Shown: piece by piece, positions 50,390 through 60,650 of the stretch
Layout: every line of letters begins with the position of its first letter
Numbering within the stretch: position 1 is the stretch's first letter
The notes under the pieces: generated by a model
What the model was told of the DNA's origin: nothing
The model's database searches: none
The model's input: only the letters and a program-made list of their open reading frames with translations
Assembly: GCA_964570665.1 (NCBI GenBank)
Contig: CAZMZH010000001.1
Location: forward strand, 67,743 to 131,742
Direction of reading: 5' to 3'
Source of the DNA: an uncultured Nitrospinota bacterium
GTDB lineage: Bacteria; Nitrospinota; Nitrospinia; Nitrospinales; JAJDAT01
DNA length: 64,000 nucleotides
Program-made: the position numbers and the translations under genes

Positions 50390-51196
50390 ATGAACGTTCC
50401 AAGGCGAAAAGATTTCGAAGTTTTTTGGAGAATGGTCCAAAACGAAATCCATACACATCCAGTAATTATCAATAATCCCTACTGCAAATGGTTTAAAAAG
50501 GGAAATGCCAACAAAAATCAAATTATCGATATGTTTGAGCAATTTGCCGTCTTTTCTAAATGGTTTTTGCTCGCCCAACTGATGAGGGTTTTGAATGCTT
50601 CAAATCTCGAAGCAGAAACTCATGCGAGATTTATATTAGTAAATGAATTGGGTGTAAGAATCAACTCTGATGGCTCTACTGAAGATCAACCTTTTAAAAC
50701 CAAATGGGCTCATATCAATTGGCTTAGAGATACTGCCCGCCCTCTTGATCTGGATCCAGAAAAACTTGGTAGCTGGGATTCTGCCTCGCCTCAGACAAAA
50801 GAGTTTATAAGAGGACTTGAATTAACTTATGGAAGTAAAGATGGGGAGTTTGGTCGCGGGGCGAGTTATGCGATCGAGACCTGGGCTGCATGGGGTATCG
50901 GAAAAAGTGCAGTAGAAGAAGCCAATAATTTCTGGAAGGAACTAATTACTGGCATTGAACTTTATAATGAAAAAAATCTTTTAGATAAAGATCAACGAAT
51001 TCCACTCGTTTTTTTTCAATTCCATTTTGAAAGTGAAAAAGGCCATGGCGACAATGTCCTAGAAGAAATGGAGCATTCCTATTACCAGCCTGGGTTCGAT
51101 CATCATAAGTTTTTGCAAGGAAGCCATCAGGCATTAGATGCCATATATACGTTTTGGCTTGGGCTCGAACAATCCCGAAAATTTTTGAAAACTTAA
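50390..51196 (+). CDS. heme-oxygenase-like fold protein (iron-containing redox enzyme / PqqC-TenA-CADD superfamily)
   Basis: 268 aa. All-helical composition, N-terminal ...THPVIINNPYCKWFKKG... and spaced E/H residues (ETHARF...NELG; ESEKGHGD) resemble the Haem_oxygenase_2-type family. The assignment is from memory. Confidence 0.45.
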   Translation: MNVPRRKDFEVFWRMVQNEIHTHPVIINNPYCKWFKKGNANKNQIIDMFEQFAVFSKWFLLAQLMRVLNASNLEAETHARFILVNELGVRINSDGSTEDQPFKTKWAHINWLRDTARPLDLDPEKLGSWDSASPQTKEFIRGLELTYGSKDGEFGRGASYAIETWAAWGIGKSAVEEANNFWKELITGIELYNEKNLLDKDQRIPLVFFQFHFESEKGHGDNVLEEMEHSYYQPGFDHHKFLQGSHQALDAIYTFWLGLEQSRKFLKT

Positions 51197-52891
51197 CTAT
51201 GCTTTAGCCCGAATTCTGCGGCCGATTTCCATTGCGAGCCTACGCATACCAACAGACGACTCCATCACTACTGCATCAATGACGTACATTTGGTCTTCAT
51301 TTGAAAGGGCTTTACCCATGGCATGACTAAAATCACCAGCAGTTTTAACTTTCAACCCTATTCCACAATCTATCAATTGACAAACCTTACTATAATCCCA
51401 ATCTTCGATATTATTAAAGGTCCCATCTAGAATAACTCTCTCGGTCTCATACCCTCCATTGTTAATAACGATGACAATTGGATTTAATCCAAGTTTTTTA
51501 AAAGTAGATAGCTCGGTCCCAGTCATTTGAAAAGCACCATCACCCACAATGATCAAAGAACGAACTTCCGGTGAAGCACAATTGACCCCTAATGCGGCAG
51601 GGACCGCAAAACCCATAGTCGTATAAAATGCAGAAGCGAAGAATGAGGTTCTTTCTGGAACCTTCAATTCAGCAGACGCAAACAGACAGTCTCCTGTATC
51701 ACAAATTATGGATATATGAGACGGCATTTTCTTATTCAGTATATCTATAACTCCAGACATTGTTAATAAATCATTAGTTTCAAGCTCATTGGAACCATTT
51801 CCAGATTTTTTAATTTCTGTTGGAATAGAAATTGAAGGCTTGCATTTTATTTCCTGGGTGCACTTAAGTATAAAATCTTTAAGATTTATGTTAATGAACT
51901 TGTGATGCTTGATGATCACTTCCCCTTGATTGGCCTTTATCATAAGACTGGGATTTAATTTTGCTGTATACATACCAAGATTAATATCCGTGAACATGAC
52001 GCCTAGAGACAACACCAAGTCAGAGTTTTCTATTCTTTCCCTTGTTTCATCAGACCCTACCTGCCCTTGATATACTCCTAAATATAGAGGATGGTTTTCA
52101 CGGATCACGGATTTCCCCATTATAGTTGCCGCTACATATAAACCGGTAGCTTCCACTAAATCCACGAAAACATTTTGAATCCCAAATCGATGCAGTTCAA
52201 CCCCTGCTAAAATTATTGGACGTTTTGCTTTATTAATTAAAGCAACAGTTTCTAGGATTGCTTCTTTTAGAGTTTCTTCTTCGCTGGAATGGTATTCACA
52301 AAACGAATCAGGGTCCGGACCAGAGTCTATTTCCCTGCCAATAAGATCTCTAGGGATTTCTAAATAGCCGGGCTTCTTTTTACTCCAGACTTTTTCCAAC
52401 ACTTGGTCGATTTGATGTGGAGCTGTTGATAAATCTTCAATTGCTACGGAGCAGCAAGTAAAATTTTCAAATATCTTTTTCTGGGCCTCCTGTGAACCAA
52501 AGCTATGATGTATTAGTGGATTTTCTGCCCTTTCCTGAATGCCTGAGGTCCCGCTAATAATCAAGACAGGAGACGACTCGGCATTTGCCCCTGCTATGGG
52601 ATTGACGGCGCTTAAAGCTCCTACCCCATGTGTGACAAGAACCACTCCCAAACCATTATGCTTTCTTGCATAACCATCGGCGGCAAAACCTGCAGTGTCT
52701 TCTCGGGTAGTACCTATAAAAGAAATTCTTTGATCTTCCTCTAAAAGCTTACAAAACTTCAAACTGAAATCACCCGGAACTCCAAACACATGGGTAACTC
52801 CCAACTGGAATAAACGGTCGATCAAATATGAGCCAATTGTGTATTTCTGAGTTTGGCTGGACATGACATCCTCCAAAGTTGATTTGGTCAT
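51197..52891 (-). CDS. thiamine-diphosphate-dependent 2-keto-acid decarboxylase (indolepyruvate/phenylpyruvate decarboxylase-like)
   Basis: 564 aa. IGSYLIDRLFQLGVTHVFGVPGDFSL N-terminus and the GDGAFQMT...NNGGY ThDP-binding motif. Confidence 0.8.
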   Translation of the reverse strand: MTKSTLEDVMSSQTQKYTIGSYLIDRLFQLGVTHVFGVPGDFSLKFCKLLEEDQRISFIGTTREDTAGFAADGYARKHNGLGVVLVTHGVGALSAVNPIAGANAESSPVLIISGTSGIQERAENPLIHHSFGSQEAQKKIFENFTCCSVAIEDLSTAPHQIDQVLEKVWSKKKPGYLEIPRDLIGREIDSGPDPDSFCEYHSSEEETLKEAILETVALINKAKRPIILAGVELHRFGIQNVFVDLVEATGLYVAATIMGKSVIRENHPLYLGVYQGQVGSDETRERIENSDLVLSLGVMFTDINLGMYTAKLNPSLMIKANQGEVIIKHHKFININLKDFILKCTQEIKCKPSISIPTEIKKSGNGSNELETNDLLTMSGVIDILNKKMPSHISIICDTGDCLFASAELKVPERTSFFASAFYTTMGFAVPAALGVNCASPEVRSLIIVGDGAFQMTGTELSTFKKLGLNPIVIVINNGGYETERVILDGTFNNIEDWDYSKVCQLIDCGIGLKVKTAGDFSHAMGKALSNEDQMYVIDAVVMESSVGMRRLAMEIGRRIRAKA

Positions 52892-52897
52892 TTTAAT

Positions 52898-54874
52898 TTA
52901 AAAATCATGAGTTGATTTAATATTTCTAAAATCCCGCAAACATTCCGGGTTAGATAAAGCCATTAAATTATTAACCTGTTTTCCTTCAAAAAGATTTTTA
53001 ATACATATTTCCATTTTTTTTCCATTTAGGGTTCTTGGTATATCATGGACTTGGAAAATTTCATTCGGAACATGTCTGGGGCTGGCTTCATTTTTCAACA
53101 TAGATCGCATCTTTGCCTTTAGGGGACCATCCAAAACTTTACCTTCCGGCAAAGATACAAACAGAACTACCTTAATATCATTTTTTTTCTCAATTCCAAT
53201 TACAAGACTATCTAGAACATCGTCTAGTTTTTCTATCACTCTGTAAATTTCTCCTGTTCCAATGCGCACCCCTCCAGGGTTTAGGGTTGCATCGCTTCTA
53301 CCATAAACGATGACACCACCGTTATCTTTGATTTCTATAAAATCACCATGCACCCACATACCGGGAACCCTATTAAAATAGGATTGAAAATAAGTTTTTT
53401 GATCTGGATCATTCCAAAAGTAAATGGGCATTGAAGGGGCCGGAGTACGACAAGCCAACTCTCCTTTGATATTCACTACAGGGCTACCTTTTTCATCAAG
53501 CGCCAATACATCCATCCCCAAACCTAAACCTTGTATCTGACCTGCCCGCACAGGCAGCATGGGGTTTCCAAGCATAAAACATGAAATGATATCGGTTCCT
53601 CCACAGATGGAAGATAATTGAATATCTTTTTTTATATGCTCATAAACCCAATAAAACCCTTTTTCATTTAAAGGAGAACCTGTGGAAAGAATGATTTTAA
53701 GAGTGGAAAGTTTACTTTTCACTTTCGGGCTAATCTCTGCCTGTTGATTCAAAGACAAGTGTTTGGGGCTGGTTCCAAAAACGGTTATTTGCGCTTCATC
53801 AATTAGCTTCCATAAGGTCTCTAAAGATGGGTAGGCAGGAGAACCATCATAAAGGACAATGGTTGCCTCTTGTGCCAAAACCGAAGCGAGCCAGTTCCAC
53901 ATCATCCATCCACAGGTTGTGTAATAAAAAACCACGTCTTCAGCTTTTATATTGGTGTGTAAAGCATGCTCCTTATGATGTTGCAACAAAGTGGCGCCGG
54001 TTCCATGAACAATGCATTTAGGTAAGCCTGTCGTTCCGGATGAATATAAAATGAATAGTGGATGATTGAAGGGCAAAGATTGAAATATAAAATTTTCTGG
54101 ACATCCTTTTCCTAAAAATTTTTCCCAGCTGAAATATTCAGAAACAAAATTTTCAGAAACATGAACCGGACTTTTCATTAAAGATACGCGAACTAAAAAA
54201 TCCAGACCTTTTAATTCTTTGGTGACAGTAGTAACTCTTTCGTCTAAAGAGAAGGTTTTTCCGTTATAAGAGTACCCATCGCTATAAACTAATAACCTGG
54301 GATGAATTTGACCCAGGCGATCTATTACACCTTGAGTTCCAAAATCCGGCGAGCAGGAACTCCAAGTTGCTCCCATTGAGGCACATCCGAGCATGGCGAT
54401 AAGGGTTTCAGGAATGTTGGGGAGAAAACCCGCAACGCGATCACCTGGCTTAATACCAACTGTCAACAAAGCAGACGCAAATTTAATTACATCCCTTTTT
54501 AATTGGCTGTAAGTCAAATATGTTAACGGGCTATTTTCAAACTTGCTGATTATGGCAGTTTTTTCTGGAGGGCCTTGAAGGAGATTTTCTGCGTAATTAA
54601 TTTCTGCCCCCTCAAACCATTTTCCGCCAGGCATGGAATCCTGAGAAAGTATACAATCTGCGACTTTTTTAAATTTGATACCGGAGTAGCTGCTGTAGAA
54701 ACTCCAAAACTCCTTGTAATTCTGGATAGACCACTGATGGAGTTGCGAATAATTTTTCAAGGATAGGGAGAATTTTTCATTGACGGCTTTCAAGAACTGA
54801 AACATTCTTGATTGCTCAATTTCTTCAGGTTTGGGTTCCCAGAGAATTGTGCTCATAACAAAACCTGTTTTCAA
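52898..54874 (-). CDS. acetoacetyl-CoA synthetase (acetoacetate-CoA ligase)
   Basis: 658 aa. ILWEP...IE.S.M..F N-terminus, YSSGTTGLPKCIVH AMP-binding motif, and length typical of acetoacetyl-CoA synthetases. Confidence 0.8.
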   Translation of the reverse strand: MKTGFVMSTILWEPKPEEIEQSRMFQFLKAVNEKFSLSLKNYSQLHQWSIQNYKEFWSFYSSYSGIKFKKVADCILSQDSMPGGKWFEGAEINYAENLLQGPPEKTAIISKFENSPLTYLTYSQLKRDVIKFASALLTVGIKPGDRVAGFLPNIPETLIAMLGCASMGATWSSCSPDFGTQGVIDRLGQIHPRLLVYSDGYSYNGKTFSLDERVTTVTKELKGLDFLVRVSLMKSPVHVSENFVSEYFSWEKFLGKGCPENFIFQSLPFNHPLFILYSSGTTGLPKCIVHGTGATLLQHHKEHALHTNIKAEDVVFYYTTCGWMMWNWLASVLAQEATIVLYDGSPAYPSLETLWKLIDEAQITVFGTSPKHLSLNQQAEISPKVKSKLSTLKIILSTGSPLNEKGFYWVYEHIKKDIQLSSICGGTDIISCFMLGNPMLPVRAGQIQGLGLGMDVLALDEKGSPVVNIKGELACRTPAPSMPIYFWNDPDQKTYFQSYFNRVPGMWVHGDFIEIKDNGGVIVYGRSDATLNPGGVRIGTGEIYRVIEKLDDVLDSLVIGIEKKNDIKVVLFVSLPEGKVLDGPLKAKMRSMLKNEASPRHVPNEIFQVHDIPRTLNGKKMEICIKNLFEGKQVNNLMALSNPECLRDFRNIKSTHDF

Positions 54875-54892
54875 AGAGTTATTTATTAGTTA

Positions 54893-56065
54893 TTAGACTC
54901 TTTCAATGATCATCGCAATAGCCTCTCCTCCTCCGATACATAGACTAGTTAATCCTCTTCTAAGATTCTTTTCTTCTAATGAATTTACCAATGTTACTAA
55001 AATGCGAGCCCCGGTAGCGCCAATAGGGTGGCCCAATGCAATTGAACCTCCATGCACATTTACCTTTCCGGGGTCCAGCTCTAGCTGTTCATTTACAGCC
55101 AGTGACATAACGGCGAAAGCTTCATTTATTTCGAATAGGTCTATGTCGTTCACGCCTAAATGCGTCATTGATAATACTTTTCTTACTGCCTCCACCGGAG
55201 CTAAAGCAAATGTTTCTGGAGACTGAGCGTGCGTAGTATATGCGACAATCCTTGCAATAGGTTTAGTATGGGATAAATCTTTACCAATAACCAATGCTGC
55301 GGCACCATCATTTAACTTAGCGCCGTTTCCTTTAGTTATTGTCCCTTGGTCTTTATCAAAAACTGGGGATAAAAAAGGGAACTCATCAAGGTTGTCTGCA
55401 AAGGGCTGTTCATCATTATTTATAATTTTTTCGTCACCTCTTTCGATGACTGAGACATCGGCAATTTCTTTGGCAAATATTCCAGACTGCTGAGCTTTTC
55501 TAGCACGGTTATAACTGGAAATGGCATAAGTATCCTGAGCCTTACGGGAATATGCAAATTGTTTACCCAAAGTTTCGCAGAGCTCACCCATATGCCTTTG
55601 TTCCTGAGAATCCAATAGACCATCATGGATCATACTGTCAATGATAGCTGTATTTCCAAGTTTATGACCTTTACGTAAATGAGGAATCAAAAAAGGGGCG
55701 CGGCTCATATTTTCCATCCCACCCGCAATCACACACTTCGCTTGATCTAAACGTATTGCTTGATCTGCAAGAATTACACTTTCTAATCCAGAACCACAGA
55801 TTTTGTTTATTGCGAACGTTGCGACATGATTGGGCAACCCACTCCTGAGAGAAGCTTGACGGGCTGGAGCTTGCCCTAAACCGGCTGAAAGCACGTTCCC
55901 TAAATAAACCGCATCTATGTCCTCACCTGATACACCGCTTCTATCTATAGCCTCTGAAATTGCAATTGCTGCCAGGTCCGGCGCTGGGATGGAAGAAAAC
56001 ACACCGTTGAATTTTCCAATGGGTGTTCGAACTGCGCTGTATATATATGAATATTCTGCTGGCAT
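54893..56065 (-). CDS. acetyl-CoA C-acetyltransferase (thiolase II)
   Basis: 390 aa. INKICGSGLES (active-site Cys), NVHGGSIALGHPIGATG, and CIGGGEAIA. Confidence 0.9.
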   Translation of the reverse strand: MPAEYSYIYSAVRTPIGKFNGVFSSIPAPDLAAIAISEAIDRSGVSGEDIDAVYLGNVLSAGLGQAPARQASLRSGLPNHVATFAINKICGSGLESVILADQAIRLDQAKCVIAGGMENMSRAPFLIPHLRKGHKLGNTAIIDSMIHDGLLDSQEQRHMGELCETLGKQFAYSRKAQDTYAISSYNRARKAQQSGIFAKEIADVSVIERGDEKIINNDEQPFADNLDEFPFLSPVFDKDQGTITKGNGAKLNDGAAALVIGKDLSHTKPIARIVAYTTHAQSPETFALAPVEAVRKVLSMTHLGVNDIDLFEINEAFAVMSLAVNEQLELDPGKVNVHGGSIALGHPIGATGARILVTLVNSLEEKNLRRGLTSLCIGGGEAIAMIIERV

Positions 56066-56706
56066 TATTTTTTATTTGGTCGCCCCAATTGGAATAGATC
56101 TGCCGTTTTAGTATAGTAGTCGGCGCCCATCCTACCTACATTTTTGACGATTTCCGGCGGCAATCCTTTTTTCCAATCTATGTTGGATATTTCTTTAGAC
56201 AGCATTATCTCTTTAACATTACCCAAAACAAGTGTTCCAACTCCAGGACCTTCTCCCAGTTTCACGGTTTGGTTGAGTTCGCATACAAAATTTACAGGAC
56301 TATCCGCAATCAACCTCGGTTCATGGGAGCCTCGATCTATAAACGACACTTTGGCCTCTGAAAATTCATCAATTTCTGAACCGAAAGGGGCTGAGCTGAT
56401 ATTGGCATTTTTCACATTTTCAAATGAGACATTGCCCACAACATATTTTCGAGTCGTCTTGATATTTCTCAAAGTATCCTTTTCAGAACCATCTCGATTG
56501 TAAAAAATAGCATTGGAAATTACAGGAGGATTCATAGAACAAATATTAAAATAGCTAAACGGCGCTAGATTGAACATACCCTTTCCCGATAGAGTCGAGA
56601 TCCAGGCAATGGGGCGAGGTTGAACAACTGAATTCATAAAGTGATAAATTTCACCCCAAAAATGTTCATCAGGCCGAATAGAAAAAAATTCTTTATTATT
56701 GTTCAT
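56065..56706 (-). CDS. flavin reductase-like domain protein
   Basis: 213 aa. RPIAWISTLS...NLAPFSYFN is typical of the Flavin_Reduct (DIM6/NTAB) family. Confidence 0.7.
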   Translation of the reverse strand: MNNNKEFFSIRPDEHFWGEIYHFMNSVVQPRPIAWISTLSGKGMFNLAPFSYFNICSMNPPVISNAIFYNRDGSEKDTLRNIKTTRKYVVGNVSFENVKNANISSAPFGSEIDEFSEAKVSFIDRGSHEPRLIADSPVNFVCELNQTVKLGEGPGVGTLVLGNVKEIMLSKEISNIDWKKGLPPEIVKNVGRMGADYYTKTADLFQLGRPNKK

Positions 56707-56711
56707 GAAAG

Positions 56712-57875
56712 TTACTTTCTCCAGCTATTAGGATAATCGGAGTCTTCAAGGTATTCTCCCTCAACGGTTAAAAATAATGGATCAAAAGTGTCCACCATAA
56801 CCGCCTGCTCATCGGTTTTATTTTTCCCCAGGGATTCTTGATACGCACCAGGGTGTGGCCCATGAGGAATTCCCGAAGGATGAAAGCTGATTGATCCCTT
56901 GTCGATTCCTTTTCGACTTGTAAACGCACCGGATACATATAGGAGTAGTTCATCACAGTTTACAGAAGAATGATAAAATGGACATGGGACGGCCTGATCA
57001 TCAAAATCAAGAACCCTTGGTAAAAAGCTCATGACCGCGAACCCCTCTCCCGAAAAAGTCAAATGAGATGAAGGGGGCAAATGAACCCGGCCTGTTTTGG
57101 GTTGAATGTCTTTTAGATTAATGGCAAATGGATATACAAACCCATCCCAGCCTGACATCTTAAAGTAATTCTTTGAATAGAAAGTGCGAGTATATTGATT
57201 TTCCCGTTTTCGTATGATGGTGGTCGGATTGTCCGGTTCAAAAAGTTCAGAATCCCATTCTGGAGTCTTAAAACTTCTTTCACAATAGGGAGCATCCATC
57301 GTGAACTGCCCTTTACTATTCATAAATTCTAGAGGAATGCCCATGCCCTTGTTTGCCTCAACAAATATCAACTTGGGTTTTTTGGAAAAATTAAATCGAT
57401 AAGGGCAAGACCTTGGAACTATAAAGTAATCTCCTACAACTAACGATAGTTTCCCAAAAAGTGACTGCAATTCTATTTCCCCTTCCTGAAGGAAAAAAAG
57501 TTCATCTGCGTCGTTATTTGAAAAAAAAGACCTCTCCTCTATTTCGGGATGACATAATCCATAACTTAATTTTTCATTGAAAGCCAATATCTTGCGACCG
57601 AATATATATCCCCCTCCGGAAACAAATCGATGGCTTTGAAAGTGTCTCCGTTGCAGTATCGAATTTTCCCTTTTGTTAGCGCGTGACCATGCCGCGTCTA
57701 TATAAATATCAGCTTCCGCTTCCTGTGTGGGTGGGTTATGAAAATATAAAATTGAATAACAATCTTCGAAGCCCTGCCGCGTAAAACAATATTCGTTTAG
57801 CAGCTGGTTGTCGGATGAATAATGAGCAATATGATGCATGGGAGGTAAACTGCCAAAACGAAGATATCTAAACAT
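56712..57875 (-). CDS. hmgA: homogentisate 1,2-dioxygenase (short form)
   Basis: 387 aa. GFEDCYSILYFHNPPT and HPSGIPHGPHPG blocks are as in HGD, and the gene sits between FAH-family and flavin reductase genes. Confidence 0.75.
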   Translation of the reverse strand: MFRYLRFGSLPPMHHIAHYSSDNQLLNEYCFTRQGFEDCYSILYFHNPPTQEAEADIYIDAAWSRANKRENSILQRRHFQSHRFVSGGGYIFGRKILAFNEKLSYGLCHPEIEERSFFSNNDADELFFLQEGEIELQSLFGKLSLVVGDYFIVPRSCPYRFNFSKKPKLIFVEANKGMGIPLEFMNSKGQFTMDAPYCERSFKTPEWDSELFEPDNPTTIIRKRENQYTRTFYSKNYFKMSGWDGFVYPFAINLKDIQPKTGRVHLPPSSHLTFSGEGFAVMSFLPRVLDFDDQAVPCPFYHSSVNCDELLLYVSGAFTSRKGIDKGSISFHPSGIPHGPHPGAYQESLGKNKTDEQAVMVDTFDPLFLTVEGEYLEDSDYPNSWRK

Positions 57876-57878
57876 GAA

Positions 57879-58730
57879 TCATCCTATCCAATGAGTAAGT
57901 TGCCCTATTTTTTCTATTTCCAACACTACCTTATCCCCTTTTCTAAGAAACCGATCCTGCTCCAAACCACAACCAGACCCTACTGTCCCACTAGCAAGAA
58001 TATCCCCAGGGTAAAGAGTCTGATTTTCAGAAGCGTATGCAATCATTTGTTCGAATGTATAATGAGAAGAACCACTGTTTCCTTCAGACCAAAGCTCATC
58101 ATTTATCCATGCCCGCATTGTCAAATCCCTGGGATCGCCAATCTCATCAGGAGTAACCATGCAAGGCCCTAAACCAGTATTAAAATCTTTTGCTTTGGCG
58201 GGTCCCAAACCGATACGCATAATTTTTCCCTGAAGCTCACGCGCGCTAAAATCGTTGACGATAGTATAAGCGCCAATATATTTTGAGGCTTCTTTTTCTC
58301 CAACACAAAAACACTTGCTTTTAATAACTATCGCCAACTCCAGTTCAAAGTCTTTTTTGGTCTCCCCAACGGGAAAGTTCACAACCGCTCCATCTCCAGA
58401 AAAACATCTTGTTGATCCGTTATACCAGACAGGGTGCTGGTACCATTCGGGAACCATTTTTAAATTCCGTTTTTCCCGGCTTATTTTGACATGCTGTTCA
58501 AAAGTATAAAAATCTAAAAAAGCTCCAGGAGACTCTACAGGAGGCAAATAGGAAATGCTTTCAATAGAGATTGGCGGCTGTTCCAAAATGCTTTTCCATT
58601 GATCACTTCCTTCAATGAGAAATTCAAGCGCTTCAGTGGTTGTTATATCTTTAAGTGGAAAAATAGACTGCCCAACTTGAACTCCATGTTCGGGCTGGCC
58701 TTGGTCTGTGATATAGCGAAAAAATTTCAC
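57879..58730 (-). CDS. fumarylacetoacetate hydrolase family protein (short, about 280-aa type)
   Basis: 283 aa. ELELAIVI...VNDFSARELQ...GPAKAKDF...GTVGSGCGLE are FAH-fold motifs. Overlaps the hppD stop by 4 nt. Confidence 0.75.
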   Translation of the reverse strand: MKFFRYITDQGQPEHGVQVGQSIFPLKDITTTEALEFLIEGSDQWKSILEQPPISIESISYLPPVESPGAFLDFYTFEQHVKISREKRNLKMVPEWYQHPVWYNGSTRCFSGDGAVVNFPVGETKKDFELELAIVIKSKCFCVGEKEASKYIGAYTIVNDFSARELQGKIMRIGLGPAKAKDFNTGLGPCMVTPDEIGDPRDLTMRAWINDELWSEGNSGSSHYTFEQMIAYASENQTLYPGDILASGTVGSGCGLEQDRFLRKGDKVVLEIEKIGQLTHWIG

Positions 58731-59857
58731 AATTTATTCTCCTGGGACTCAATGGCCTCGAACAGCGCCCGGAAATTTCCCTCGCCAAAACCTTGATGGC
58801 CTTTCCGCTGAATGATTTCATAGAAAAAAGGTCCTGCATTATCCTCAGTATAGAGAAGCGAAGCATCTTTCAAAAAAATCTGCAATAAATATTTATTGTC
58901 CTTTCCATCCACCAGTATGCGACTGTTTTGCAATTCACTCAAATTCTCATCAATATGCGCCACATTGCATTTATCTAGTCTGTCCATAAGCAAGTCATAA
59001 TATGAATCCGGGGTATCCAGAAATTCTAACCCCTGGCTTTTAAACCTCTTTACAACCTCTATTATGTTATCGACGGAAAAGGCAATGTGCTGAATACCCG
59101 CTCCGTGATTACGATCTATAAATGTCTGGATCTGGGATTGGTTGAAATGCGGAGTTAGAGGTTCATTTGTAGCAATTTTTATTTTGCTCGTAGGGTCCCA
59201 CATAACCCTTGAAGTCAAACCGGTACCTTTTTTCCCGGAACTGTAATCCGGTGTATGGAAAGCAACCCTCCAATACTCCTCCATTCCCATTACATGTTCA
59301 AAGAAATTTGCAATCGGATATAAGGTACGGGCGTTTATGGTTAAATGATCAATTTTTTTTAATACAGATGTGGAATTTGGAGTGGACGGTAAAGCATCAA
59401 ACATTGGAATTAAATTTTCATTTCCAGTTATCTGAAGAAAAGAGAACTCAAGAAACCCAATTGGAGTTGAAATGGTGATGAATCGGTGGCAGGTTTCTCC
59501 ACTTTCTATCACCTTTTCTTCATGGATAAAAGTAGCATCGTGATCCCTTAGAAAGCAAATGGTCTCCTGTAAATCTTCAACGAGGAAAGTAACTTTTCGG
59601 ATACCTGGAGATAGGGTCTTTAAAAACTTTGCGGTATAAGCATGAGATGATAATGGGGTTGAAACCAAAATTTTTATTTTATTTGTAGAAAAATATACCC
59701 CTCTACTTAAGAAAATACTTTCCCATTCATGGGTCGATCTATGGGTCTCTCTAAATCCCAGTTTGTTGATATAAAATTCACGGCTGCGATCAAAAAAATC
59801 CACCACAAATTCAAACGAGTATATTCTTTTAATGCCCAAAGGTGATCCAGAATCCAT
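58727..59857 (-). CDS. hppD: 4-hydroxyphenylpyruvate dioxygenase
   Basis: 376 aa. Two VOC modules, GIQHIAF, and C-terminal FFYEIIQRKGHQGFGEGNFRALFEAIE, which is typical of HPPD. Confidence 0.85.
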   Translation of the reverse strand: MDSGSPLGIKRIYSFEFVVDFFDRSREFYINKLGFRETHRSTHEWESIFLSRGVYFSTNKIKILVSTPLSSHAYTAKFLKTLSPGIRKVTFLVEDLQETICFLRDHDATFIHEEKVIESGETCHRFITISTPIGFLEFSFLQITGNENLIPMFDALPSTPNSTSVLKKIDHLTINARTLYPIANFFEHVMGMEEYWRVAFHTPDYSSGKKGTGLTSRVMWDPTSKIKIATNEPLTPHFNQSQIQTFIDRNHGAGIQHIAFSVDNIIEVVKRFKSQGLEFLDTPDSYYDLLMDRLDKCNVAHIDENLSELQNSRILVDGKDNKYLLQIFLKDASLLYTEDNAGPFFYEIIQRKGHQGFGEGNFRALFEAIESQENKL

Positions 59858-60207
59858 GTTGTCAACTCCCTTCCAAGAATGAACGATTTACCTTCTGGAG
59901 ACACAAAATTTCCTGGAATAAAAGGCGTCATAGCAATTATCTTCAAATTAAGCGGTTATAATTAAATTCCGTGCCGCTTAAAATTAATTTATGTTCCCGC
60001 ACAGATTTTTTCAATAGAACCACAAGAATTTATTCATTAAAAAATTTTCATTCAAATGATTATTGTTGTTTGATAAAAGGCTTGATTTGTCTGTTTTTTC
60101 CTTTTGTTGGTGAATTATTGAAAGTAATTCCTATTTGGAAAAATTGGTTCTATGAATTTTATTTCAATTAGTATTAGCTTAAGCAACCCAGCAGGTATTT
60201 CAAAAAC

Positions 60208-60366
60208 CGACCTTAGATAAAACCTTGATAGAAATTTTCTTCCTAAGCAGAATTTATGGCCTCAATGGAAAGAACAAGAAGCCTCTAAATTACGGAGAAA
60301 TTAATAAATGAAGAAAACTACCTCAATATCAAGCGGTTAAATAAAGTAGTCGTTTTTAACTCTTAA
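60208..60366 (-). repeat. dispersed repeat X, copy C (inverted relative to copy A)
   Basis: The reverse complement aligns to 38831-38988 and carries the core gaaaatttctatcaaggttttatctaaggtcg. Confidence 0.7.
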
Positions 60367-60607
60367 AGTAGCTTTACGGAGTTCATACTTTTCTTTGATT
60401 ATTTTTTCGAATGTAAGACCTACTGACTTTATATCAGTGAGAGATTAAACTCCTACAAAGCGGTTACTTAAATTTAGCTAAGCATATTCAAACTAAAGGG
60501 CTTAATGAGTTTTTGATTTGTCTTTTCCTTATGCAACAAAACTTTTAAAATCATTTGAATTCTCAAAATTTTGCACCATTTCGGGCAGTAAATATGGCAG
60601 ATCCCAT

Positions 60608-60638
60608 AAAAAAAGGCCTACAGCCGAAGCTGTAAGCC
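60608..60638 (-). terminator. intrinsic terminator of tRNA-Lys
   Basis: On the minus strand: ggcttacagc-ttcg-gctgtaggcc followed by T7. Starts 12 nt after the tRNA 3' end. Confidence 0.8.
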
Positions 60639-60650
60639 CTTATAAATGAA

